Made by a program: the position numbers and the translations under genes. 64,000 bases of DNA from Nymphaea colorata (taxonomy: Eukaryota): assembly GCF_008831285.2 (NCBI RefSeq), contig NC_045138.2, forward strand, positions 41,292,001 through 41,356,000. The letters run 5' to 3'. Numbering within the stretch: position 1 is the stretch's first letter; the number at the start of each line of letters is the position of its first letter. This document shows positions 1 through 11,100 of the stretch, in pieces. A model generated the notes under the pieces. It made no database searches. It saw nothing but the letters and a program-made list of their open reading frames with translations, and was not told the DNA's origin.

Positions 1-790
1 ACAGGATCTAGCTCGATGCAAGATTCGACTATACAGCATTGAGCTCAAGCTCGACACACTTATGGATTCTCTCATTTTTGTTTTTAATAACTCTTTAACT
101 AGTCAACTCGTTTAACTCAACTCGCTTAAGTAATTCAACTATGATTCTATCAGATTTTGATCAAGGTTGCTTTACTATATTCATCAACCAACTCATATAC
201 CGCCACAAAATATTAGCAACGAGCAATAGATATTTTAGCATTTCCATCTTTGACAAAATTGAAGAAGCTTGAAAAATACACTGAATATTCGTTTTAGTGT
301 CGTAAATTAAATGAGCAGAAGACCTAAAACTTTCCACTTAATCACAAAGCTGCACATCAATAAGCACGAAATATACCGTACAACGATGAAAACCAGGGGG
401 TTCAACGGGTAAAATTGATAATTGTTACCACAATAATTCACCTAACAAAGAACAGATTACATAAAGTTCAAAAAAATAATTTCAGCCTCACTGGTTTGCA
501 TCGATTTATATTGTAATCCAATCAAGGCTATTACACACGCCAGAAGGAGAACAAAAAAGAAGCAAAATGCAAACAAGATCGGGTAGAAGTTCAGAAATTG
601 AACGAATGTGACAAGAAAGAGAGAGGGGGGGGTGGTTGAAACGGCAAATGAGAGCAAAAGGCTGAGGTATACTGGCGGGAGGCGGAAGGCGTTGCCGCGT
701 TGGGTCCGTCCGAAAACCGGCAGAGGGCTCTGAGTGAGAGAAAGGAGATGGTTGGGGTTGGGGGAGAGAGAGAGAGACAAAGAGGCATAC

Positions 791-945
791 GTACTGGAAG
801 TCCGGAGGATCCCTGGAAGCAGCAAGGAAGACAGATAGTGGCCGGACGCCGGCGGCTGGACGGTGGTGGTCGTGGCTTGACTCGGTGTGGGTGGTCGACG
901 GAAGAGAGACAGAGGTCGAACAAAAGGGCGAAAGGGTGGACACTG
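791..945 (-). other. Possible first (5'-leader) exon of a gene running off the left edge
   Basis: GC/pyrimidine-rich on the minus strand, with a Y-patch near 900-940. It ends at a donor-like TAC|GTATGC (GT at 790-789) followed by CT-rich then T-rich intron-like sequence. No coding homology recognised. Confidence 0.3.
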
Positions 946-960
946 AGCAGTAAAACAGAA

Positions 961-1075
961 GAATAAAATTACAAATCCACGCTCAAGTTTTGTTCCAATA
1001 ACAAATTCACTCTTAAATTTTGGTGGTCAACAAAAGGACCCGCAATTGTTATCGATGTTCTCAAAGAACCGCTCT
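961..1075. mobile_element. Mutator-like terminal repeat fragment
   Basis: GAATAAAATTACAAATCCAC... with recurring ACAAATTCAC / CAAAAGGACC / CAAAGAACC sub-motifs typical of MULE TIRs. Partner end and TSD not found. Confidence 0.25.
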
Positions 1076-1794
1076 TTCTTTAAAAGTATTTAAATGATAA
1101 GAACTCTAAATAAATTTTCTTTAAAAAAAAAAATTAAAAGGAAAGGGAAACAGCCGCCCAACTCAGCCGTGGTGAGAAGAACTTTTCATCGTAACTGGTA
1201 TTTGTGATTCGAAAAACTGGTTTTATGTTGTCGAGTTTAAATGAGTCGAGTTCTCAACTCTTTTAAGCCAGCATTAATGTTATCTCTTGCTTGTTGGCAC
1301 ACATGCTTGAACAAATGTGCATGAGAAAGTGTCCACCGCAATTTGTAGTTCAAGTTTTGGCGTTGCACTACAGCTTGGTCGGTGAGAAATTCAGACATAA
1401 AATCTTGTATTTAGGCATTTTGATGTTGATTTCATTATTGTTTGTTGCATCAGACATAAAAGTTGTTGTAGTGGATGAATTTACTGATTTTTAATAATTT
1501 TCAATTATTTTGGTAGCTTATGCTTGTTTGGATTTTTCATGATTTTTTTAACAAATAAAGAGAATATATATTTGTCACAGCCTATACATGTTGTGTCTTG
1601 GCAGGCTGATGTGCATGTATACCAACTGCACAAATCTCCAGTTAAACAGATGACTTAGGTCCCCATGCAGTCATAGACCCCTACAAGGGAGAGGGAGAAG
1701 GATGGTCTCACCTCTCGCAAAGCACCACAAGTCGCTGTACGTCTAATTCCGGCGTGAGTTGCATGAAGGAATGACATCATCTCCACGAGAGACA

Positions 1795-2010
1795 CAATCT
1801 CTCATACCCTACCATTGTCTCATACTTCTATCATTATCTCATCGCTCTGTCATTCTCATTGTCTGTCTTTATCTCATGCCCCTCTATCATTATCTTAGAC
1901 GCTATAGGTATGAAACAATAACATAGGTATGAGATAATGATAGGGGTATAAGATAATATACATGAGATAACAATAAATGTATAAGATAATGACAGACATA
2001 AGATAACAAC
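1795..2010. repeat. Foldback (inverted) array of ~20-bp sub-repeats
   Basis: Left arm carries TATCATTATCTCAT-type units and right arm carries the complementary ATGAGATAATGATA-type units. 1869-1896 is nearly the reverse complement of 1931-1956. Confidence 0.6.
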
Positions 2011-2580
2011 AAAGTTAAAAATGTTCGTCGTGCATGTGTAATGTTAAGGCATTGAAGTAAATATGCATATTGGTAGTACAACCCACCTTCAACATACACG
2101 CTCGTGAGGATTGTCATCTTGATTAATTTTATTACGAGGGGGATGGACCTGGTTCCAGCCAGATTTAGTGTCCATTCCAGACTCACGTCAATGCCCCATA
2201 AGCACCAAGCCTACTAATGTTGGTGCCCCTTTGATAGCTTCCCCAGGTTGGAAGTTGCCCATATACATTATTATGAGCAAGTCCATAACTTACCACTTGG
2301 ATTCTTTGGAAGCCTTCGTTACATAAAAGCTGATCATATTTTATAACAGACCTGAAATCAATATTTATTCAAGAAATTAATGGGTTGATAGATGTGGTAG
2401 ACCGAAGATCAATACGCTATCTCCGAAGGGGTTGGTGCAACGGTCGAAGCAGGGATCAATTATTTATGTTGTAAAAAAGAAGACATTGATGTGCAAATTA
2501 AAACATAGCGAGGGTGTCACACCTATGCACCAAAGTAGCTCTGAGCTGTGTTAGGGTATCCCGTGAGCTTTCTGGTACCT

Positions 2581-2752
2581 GGGCCTGGATCAGGTTAGGC
2601 TCGAGCCATATGATAAGGTCTCAGGCTGGGCCTGACTTATAATTATATTTTATTATATTTTTTACATAATTTTTTGCATTATATATATATATATATATAT
2701 ATATTATTTTTATTTTTGGGTCGGGCCAAGCCGGGCCGATGCCCAGCCCTAC
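2581..2752. mobile_element. hAT-type MITE remnant with (AT)n core
   Basis: GGGCC/GGCCC-rich ends, right terminus ...GATGCCCAGCCCTAC (reverse complement GTAGGGCTGGGCA), AT-rich centre. TSD not identified. Confidence 0.35.
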
Positions 2753-3244
2753 TTTGTTCATTAGGTGCACATGTGATATCGTATTAGGTTTGAAAAACAA
2801 ATACCTTTCGATTCCGGCATGCCCAATTCCTGCAAGCCACATGGAGCTGTGGACTTAGCTCATTAGCTGTACATGACATTATTTCTATCAGAAATTTCTT
2901 CTTTTCTTTTCAGTTCTTCGAAAGAACAAAAAACATTGTTTATTGTTGGTAAGAAAAAAACCAAAATGCCTTTAAGCTCATATAAGGTTAACATAAATAA
3001 GAAAATTGTAAAATCAGTTGTAATTGTTATTTATTTAGGGATCCTAAAATCTGTTCTAATAAATGTACGTACCGAGTGGCCTTGCATATCGAGTGAGTTT
3101 TTCTTCTTATAAGGGAGACTAACTTCCAAGAAGGCAAGAAAAATCCTCAATACAAGGCCAAAGTCAGCAGAATGCATGTACCCAGGATGTCATGATATAA
3201 CACGAATGCTGTCACTCATAATGCTCCATTTTTGTTAAATTTAG

Positions 3245-3555
3245 AAAGGTGGATGGTTGTCTTCGATCTTGGTGGTGATCAATCGCTTCTCTAATTACTG
3301 CGTTTTCATTCATTCCTGTTCTTTACCATAGCTCAACAGAGGAGGCAGCCATGCTGTTTCTGCGAGATGTTGTCAAGCTATGGGGACTGTTCTAGGACAC
3401 CGTCATTAATAGTGATGCTTGTCTTACCAGGCAATTCTGGAAGAGCATGTCGCATGTTCGGGTTGTTGGGCACCAAACTCAACTTCAGCACAAACAATTA
3501 TATGAACAGGTGATAGTCAAACTGAGCATATGAACATTGTGCATGAAGAGTTGTA
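3245..3555 (+). mobile_element. Degenerate Ty3/gypsy integrase fragment
   Basis: Across frameshifts and stops it reads KVDG..SILVVINRFSNYCVFI..EEAAMLFLRDVVKLWGL..NSDACLTRQFWKS..FGLLGTKLNFST..DSQTEHMN. This matches the rve integrase core (ILVVVDRFSK / SDRD.RFT..FW / DGQTERVN). Confidence 0.75.
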
Positions 3556-4439
3556 TGTGTGTGAAGGTGCCAGCATATACGGGAAACACTAGCTTTTAGT
3601 TCCTTCAGTTGGCAGATCTTTCATCACTACAATAGAATGCGGTGCCTGAGTTTTGTGGCAGTTAATTTCATGTCTCCTGCACTGTTCATAATAACAAAAT
3701 GAGTGGATTAGTTTTCCTCCAATGATCTCTGCCTATAGGTGAGAAAGTGCATACAGTATCTCATTAGAAATCTCTTCTTATCTAGAACTAACGATAGGTC
3801 TCTTCTTGGCCAACAGTTACACCTAGTAAAGCCTAGTTATGCCGCATAATCCCTGAACCTTAATTGATGGCATCAGTACAAGTCGGCTCTTAGATTCTAG
3901 CGGATTCATTGTTGATCTAAAGAGAACCAGTTAAATGACAGGAATTATACAGAGGACGCTGGGAGTAATGAAAATAGCATGCGCGAAAAAGTGTATATAA
4001 TAAGTAGAAAGCATTGTGAAAGTCTGAGGTCATTAACTCGCACAATAACGAAGGCAACAGAAGGCTGCGGGCAGTATACATATCAAGAAGCGAGGTGAAA
4101 GGTAGTGAAGAGCTATCAGAAGTCTATTTTCTAATATTTAAAACTTACGGGTCCAATAATATCGAAGAAATGGGAAATGGTTGACCGGATTTACAGCCAG
4201 TTGGTTCTACTTGGACGCTTATCCAATTTATTTATTGCAGAAACAAACAACTAGAAAGCTTCCTGCCGCTGAGGTTCATCGAGGGTCAACATTTGCAAAC
4301 GATGTCGAACATCATATATATTCTACCAAAATTATAATTTACGAAAGAAAATTTACTCGATTTCCAGATACATACGTGCTATGCTTGATTTCAGACAACC
4401 ATCAGGGTATAGGACTCGGATTGAAGTCTATTACGAAAC

Positions 4440-4870
4440 TTTTTTGCTTGCTTGCGGTATCAATTATTACTGGTTTCAAGCAAAATTGCTCACAATTTTA
4501 GAGGGGGGGAGAGAGAGAGAGAGTATTTGCCTGTGGGCAGTGGTATCCTTGTATTCTCCTGTTCTGTTTTCGATCAAAAAATAATCCCCAATTTCAAGTA
4601 CTGGTGAGAGAGATACTTGTAAGTGGGATTAATATTCTCTGATTTGAAGCAAAAGTGAATCACAATCTTAACTCTTTGATTACGTATCAACAAGTATAAA
4701 GCAACCACCTCCTATACAAAAATGTGAAATATGTGTGCGGGAGAGCGAGAGAGACTTGTAAAGGGGATCAAGATACCCTGGTTTCAAGCAAAAGTGAATC
4801 CCAATTTTAACTCTCCGGTTACGTACCCGGTCCCCCTTCCAACTACGAGTATCAGGCAACCACCAGCTCT
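4440..4870. repeat. Degenerate tandem array (about 4 units) with GA microsatellites
   Basis: Core CTG(G/A/T)TTT(C/G/T)..CAAAA at 4470, 4564, 4639 and 4778. The last two units share AAAAGTGAATC(A/C)CAAT(C/T)TTAACTCT and GCAACCACC. Confidence 0.6.
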
Positions 4871-5216
4871 TAAGGAAGGAAACTTGAGAGAGAGAGAGAG
4901 AAGAGGCACTTGACAACCCACCGGAGGCCGACCACCTTCTGCTTTTTGTCTCTTTTCTCCTGTCGACCGACGCATTTCAGAATCTAAAAGCTCCCTTCTC
5001 TCTTTTCATCTACTGTCCTATTCATTGTCGTTATTCCTTTCTTATTCCTTAGTGGGAGATTGTTCTTTTCAGCTTTCTGGCTCTGTTCTTCCAACCTCCA
5101 GAAAGAAAAATAAGAGCAAGTTGGCAATTAAAAATCCTCTTCCTTAATCTTCGTTGTTCGTTTTATCTGCTATTCTGAATTTGATAAGCTCACAGATTGC
5201 CTTCTTCCGGGCGATT

Positions 5217-5360
5217 ATGATTATGTGTGCCTTCGCATTCTCCGTCGGAAAGACGGTATTCACTATCTTAAGAGGATGGGTGGCGGCCTGCATCACCGTT
5301 GCTTCCGAGATCGCGAGCGCTCTAAGAGTTGGAGAAATCGGCCCCTTCCATGTTGGCTGA
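5217..5360 (+). CDS. Candidate small protein (47 aa; 45 aa from the second ATG at 5223), unknown function
   Basis: MIMCAFAFSVGKTVFTILRGWVAACITVASEIASALRVGEIGPFHVG*. A GC-rich island in AT-rich surroundings, preceded by a GA repeat and CT-rich leader (4880-5100), with a donor AAG|GTTAGG 5 nt after the stop and T-rich intron-like sequence beyond. Possible downstream acceptor TTTCCCTGCAG at 7016. Confidence 0.55.
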   Translation: MIMCAFAFSVGKTVFTILRGWVAACITVASEIASALRVGEIGPFHVG

Positions 5361-6459
5361 ATAAGGTTAGGACTGTTTCCTCTCATTTTTAATTTGTTGG
5401 TTTTGGTTAATTAGAAGACTTAAGCAATGCGCCCTGTTCATTTGCACACTTCGTGATTGTTGCTTCTATCATCTTTCTGTTGTTGTCTATGCCATACCCA
5501 TCTCCAAATTTTGGCAGTTTTTATTAATCGTCTGTATAATGATACATATGGATTAGGTAATTTGATCTATTGTCTCTGATTTCAAACTTTCTTCGGGTAT
5601 TTGATGGCTCAGTTTATCTGTTTTGGGATGTTTGCTTTTCCAGTACAGGATTCTTGTGGTTTCTGAATTTGGGTGCATGTTTTTTCAGCAGCTGGTGGCT
5701 AGAAAATGATTTTTACATCTCAAGAAAGTTTAAGGGGCTTATCTATTAAAGCACCTGATTTCGAGTTTGTGCTAGACAGTTTTACATAGAAAGCATTTTT
5801 GCTTCGATTTGCATAATTGTTCATAAAGATTGAGGCAGTTTTCCAAGGAAGAGAGTAATGTGGTATATTGCCTGCTCTCAGGAAGATGATGTTTCAGGTT
5901 ACTTGATAATTTGATTCATCCAAATTCGCAACGACCCCCTCACCGTGCATATTTGCACATCATAATCGTAACCATCTGGCATATTGATTTCTTGTCACAT
6001 GGACCCTGGCCCATCATCAGATAGTTACATTTATTGTGACACCTTCTTTCTGAGTCTCTTCTGTATATTTCAGTTCCTTTTAGCTTTTTTGTCTTCTTCT
6101 TCATTGTGGGTAATGCCATGATGACATATAGCCCGCTTGTGCGTTAGCTTTACATTTTCTTTCTCATGCGGAGACGGGGAACAGTGTAAAATTCTCATAA
6201 TGGGCAAGCCTACTTTAAATGAAACTTAAGCATGGCAATTAGCATGGGAGGAAATGGACTGCTGTAGACCTTCATATATGTTTTAGAACAAAAACGCCCG
6301 ATCTTCTTGGGAGAGGAGAGGTACATGAGAATTAAGAGAAAATATGAAACATGGTTTGATGTGCATCAATGGATTTTCTCAGTTGCTACGCCAATTTGTC
6401 AATTCTAGATGTACCTGCCACCGACATATGGAAATCGATTCTTGAGGAAATATTAAATT

Positions 6460-6600
6460 TAAGAAGGTACAGATTTAGATCAAGGATTCTAATACCAATA
6501 ACAGTTGGATCTTCATAGGAGAAAAAAGTTCATAAAAATACTGGAATTCTGTGGAGTAATCATGGCATAAACGCCTTGGACTTTCAGTGAAGTTTCTGAA
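6460..6600 (+). mobile_element. Possible Ty1/copia GAG-pre-integrase remnant
   Basis: IKDSNTNN..IFIG followed by SWHKRLG, resembling the LWHxRLGH motif. Heavily decayed. Confidence 0.25.
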
Positions 6601-7726
6601 GCTTACAACGAATCTCACATTTATAATTATACGGCGTTGCATTCTGAAGATCTCAAGGGCTACATACGAAAGGTGGGTATTTGCAATTTTAGCTCAACGC
6701 ATAATTATTTGCTTTTTTCAACTTCACGTTTAAGGGGATATTGAGGAGTAGGAGCGATCATATGAAACAGATGGGTATGTATCTACTTTGATCATGTCAG
6801 CGACGATCATCACAAACATTCTCATCGGTTTAACCATCGTCCTTCATCTTTCTGAGACTTCAATAGAAATTTGATTCCTTGTTTTGGTGGTAACATCACA
6901 GACAGTTGTTCTCACGTAGAACACTTTCTTTCCTAAATCCATATAGTTCGAGAGAACAGAATATTTTTGAGCTATTTTTATTATTGTAAGTAAAGAAAGT
7001 TATTGTTTCCCTGCAGTTCCGGGCCGAATACGTGTTTCATGTGTAATGTCTAAAGCCCCATGCACTCTTCTGAAATGGAGAAGGCGTTTAACGATCAACC
7101 TGACTAATCCCGAAGGGTATTTCGTGAAGGACTGAGAAGATGTGGCAGCAGCTTGTTCATCACGGCGACAGAAGCCACATGTAGTGTATGATACCTTAAT
7201 AACTGTACAGTAGTAATGGAGCTCTGTCATCCATCAGTCTACTCAGTTAAGTTCTTAATTTCCTTGATCTGTGTTAAGAGTGATGGAACTATGCGGCCGA
7301 CGTTCTACTCGCTTTGCTCCAGGTTGGAGGAGGCCGAGAGTTTCATACTCGAGCATTACTTGGCATAACCGGTAAGGCATTTCCAGGGATAATGCTTCAA
7401 CTCGATTGCTCAAAGGAAAAAGGCTCATAAAATTGCGGATCTTTCAGAACCCTGTCTTGAGCCTGTGTTCAATGTAGAATTTCTTGATTCTCACATGGAA
7501 TATTTATTAATCGCCCTGAGATGCTGAAGGTCTTCTTCCATGCAAATCTTTAATGAAAATGAGAGAGAGAGAGAGAGATCCTCCACCAGATTTCAAGGTG
7601 AGTGGACTTTTACCTTTGAAACTTAAAAACGATTTCCTTTAACCGCCCCCAGAAAATATACGTTCCGCTCTCCGTTTTGAAGCATCCAAGTCAACTAAAT
7701 TGTTCATACGAAGTCTACCAAGCAAG

Positions 7727-8075
7727 GACGCAACTTAACTATTATACCCTGTTTTGACAGTCAGCAGGAGAACGTGTCGTCCAAAGGATTTTGAACGCGC
7801 TACCTCTTGGTTAAGTTGACCCGCTCTGTCGAATGATGTATGTTACAGATGAAAACGAATCGGAACATTAGCTAAGTTACACGAAGACAACAAAAGACGC
7901 ACATTAACTGTTATCCTCTGCATTTGACAGTCAAGCTGGAGAATGTGTCGCCCAAAGGTTTTGAACTGGCGACATCTTGGTTAAAGTCGACCAGCTCTGT
8001 CAAACGATGTATGTTACAGATGAAAACGAATGGGAAAGAAAAGACCACATTAGCTAAGTTACACAAGACAAAAAG
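7727..8075. repeat. Tandem duplication of ~170-180 bp just downstream of the FY stop codon
   Basis: 7727-7895 and 7896-8075 align throughout. GATGTATGTTACAGATGAAAACGAAT and ACATTAGCTAAGTTACAC occur in both copies. Confidence 0.9.
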
Positions 8076-8177
8076 GGGAAAAGGAAAAAGAAAAGAACTA
8101 ACAACTAAGGCTAGTTCTTGCTTTTCTATTTCTTTTCTTTATATAAGAACAAAAATTGGCCATGAATATATAATGGC

Positions 8178-11100
8178 TTATGATGTTGATCCACGTGAAT
8201 GAGGTGGTGGGCCAGGAGGAAGGCTGATGTTTGGAGGAAGAGCCATGCTGGCTGGGCGCATGTCCATCATGCTTGGAATTCCTGTCTGCACGAACGCAAC
8301 ACCTTTGTCGTATAAGATACATATCCACAACCAATAACAAAGCACTAGCATAGAGAACCAAGCATTGCTTGCCAAATCATGTTAATTCTCTATCACGTAC
8401 ATGAAATGGAGCATAAGCAGAAAAGAACCAAGACGGTAATGAGATTCAGGTTAAGAAATCTGCAGCTGGTCTAGTACAGAACTACAAAACAAACGCTGCA
8501 ATGAAGTGCACGTCTCAAAATAGTTTGCCATTTCCACCTTCAGCAGGCAAACCAACCGAAAGAGGCTACTCTTTGCTTCCGCTAGTGTGGACGGCTGTCT
8601 TTCAGGCCCCCAGTGAAAACGGTGAAAAGAAGTTTAAGACGGGCTACAACATCCTGAAACCCTGATCGTGAATTATCATGTTGGAGGACCAAATAACACG
8701 GCAGATTTGTTCAAACACTGGATACAAGGTGGGTGCTGCTGAGATCGCGCACCCTTGATAACACTGCAAAATCTTCCACTTTGACTTTACTCTGTAGAAA
8801 GGCCACAGTAAAATACTGGGGCAATCAAGAAGTTCTCATATTTTATTGTCTCATATGAACCATTAGGATAGCTCTCTTTCAGTAACAGAGCAATGTATGG
8901 TCCGTCCCATTTAACTTACTGTGTGCAAAAAAAGTTTGTTGTTTCTTGTCTTAATCTTAATAAGCCTTGTTATTGATAATTGTAGTACTGTTAATAACTT
9001 AATGCGCCACATGAGTCCATTTTACTCTTGCCCTTGGTCCAATAGAGGTTTGAACTCCTTGATTTGATACCATACTTTGATTTTCACGGTTGTTAATTCA
9101 GCAAAGGACGCTGCCATTCAATTTCATCAAACAAAGGAAAGCCCGACTATTTGATATTTTTGACGCTGGATATCAACTTCTCCAGACAGGACCCACTCTA
9201 AGAACACATCAGTTGGTTCCACCTGTGCTAGTAAAATTGGATATGGATATGCAATAAATGCATAATAAACAAATCTACTCCCTCTTAGTGCATGATGGGA
9301 CATAAATTGACAATAAAAAGCACTGATTCTCAAAGTACCTGGTAGGCGTTAATCCCTGGAACAGGTGCCAGTTGCCCAGATTGTGGTCGGCTGAAAACAC
9401 CACTAACAGCAAATGCCTGCCCTGCAGCAGTGCTTGATGTAACATGTGTATTCGTCATTCCACTTGAAAAATTACTAATTGCAGGTGGAACACTACTACC
9501 AGCCATTGGGCCTGCAATAATTTGATTCATGCCAAGAGGTGGCTGTGGCAATTGAGGAATCTGAGTGGCTGAACTGTGCAGTCCTTGTCCAGGCATAGCA
9601 AGAACAGGTGGGTAATTGTTTGACTGCAAAGATGTTGGCCGGGGTAACACAGAATCAGAAGCTGACCCAGGCATTGGTAGTGGAAGTGAGACTGACATTG
9701 ATTGCATGGACATGGATAGTGCATTAGATGGAGTGCTTGCAGGCACTGACAGAGAAGGAAATTGGATGGGTGGAGGACGAGATAAATGAGAAGGATGAGC
9801 AAGCAATGGTAATTGTGAAGGAGGCTGCAACTGAGACAATGTTGTCGGAGGTAGAGGCATCATAGGTGGTTGAAGCGGTTGATGCTGGTGTTGTCCTGGT
9901 ATCTGTTGAGGAACTTGTGGGTATCCTTGTTGGGTAGGTTGTAAAAGTGATGGGTGAGGTACAGATGGAGGATGCGGTGCTAACATGGGGTTTGATACCG
10001 GAATTGGATGCCTTTGTTCTCCTTGATCTGATCCATCAAGGGGCAACATTGCAAAGGGCATTGCAGTCCCAACACCAGGAATTGTTCCATCACTTCGAGC
10101 AAGCCCAGCTGCAAACGGTCCTGGAGTAGGTGGGGCATCAGGAACTGGGAAATTACCAGCAAAACGACCAGGTGCTGCTGCACCTAGTTCTCCAGAACCT
10201 GATCACAAGTCACCAGTTACTTAACACACAATCTATGTGATGGAGTCTAAATCAATATCAAACAATATCTATGCTGATCAAGAAATAACCAGGGCAAGAC
10301 CATTATCCAGACATCATCCAGAAGATTATTTAACACTTCTAAACGTACCAATGTTATGTTTGTCACGAGAAGGATCTCCAGGCCTATTCCGACACCAAAA
10401 CTTGGTTGTGTGGTCATTGCTACCACTGCAAAAGAAAAAGGACAAATGACCTCATAATCATCCATTTTTCAGTAGCCTTGAACGGTGTCCCAGTACTCAA
10501 CTGAAGCACAATCGAGAGATGAGAAAAACAAGTACTTAAAAAGCCGTCTAACTATTTACTTATGTATTCACTTATGGAGAGCAAGATTCTGTTCATGATA
10601 TATTTATATGGAAAAAAGAACAAAAAAGAAGAATCTGGAGTTCAAAAATGAATTGGATGTGTTATTTAACTCTGGTTTCAAGTCCAATTCGTCACACAGA
10701 AGGCTTTGCATTAAAGTCCTTGAAAAAAGAGCCACTGTATAAGGAAACACTAGCCTGTCTCCTTGCCATGAGGAACACATAACACACCAGAAACTGCAAA
10801 GGCCTAACCCAAGCTAAATAAGTGCTAAAAATATAGTAATTTAGTTTGACATGAAATAGGAATTTTTCATTGTTTTATATGGGGAAGGCAAATGCCTACA
10901 TACAGCATGTGGCAAAGAACTAAAAGACCGAACCTGGCTCTTTGAAATGAGTTCTCAAAAACTTAACCATGCACAGCCCACAATGATTAGTAAAATCTCA
11001 CACTTAATGATGAAAAATGCTCCAACTTCAGACCAAGAATTGCTTTGAAGGCAAGTACAGTTGTTGATTAGACAGGGGGAAGGCAAGTTACTGTGCCTAT

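Noticed and set aside
457..966. Overlapping ORFs of 88-145 aa
   Set aside because: Low-complexity CT/GA-rich sequence open in several frames, with no recognisable domain.
2425..2580. tRNA-derived SINE-like head (TGGTGCAACGG)
   Set aside because: Only an A-box-like motif; no B box, tail or TSD.
6118..6260. C/D box snoRNA
   Set aside because: C-box-like ATGATGA is present, but there is no D box (CTGA) at a suitable distance and no rRNA antisense element was recognised.
7924..8202. 92-aa plus-strand ORF
   Set aside because: Non-ATG start, antisense to the FY 3' end, and the frame is not preserved in the other repeat copy.
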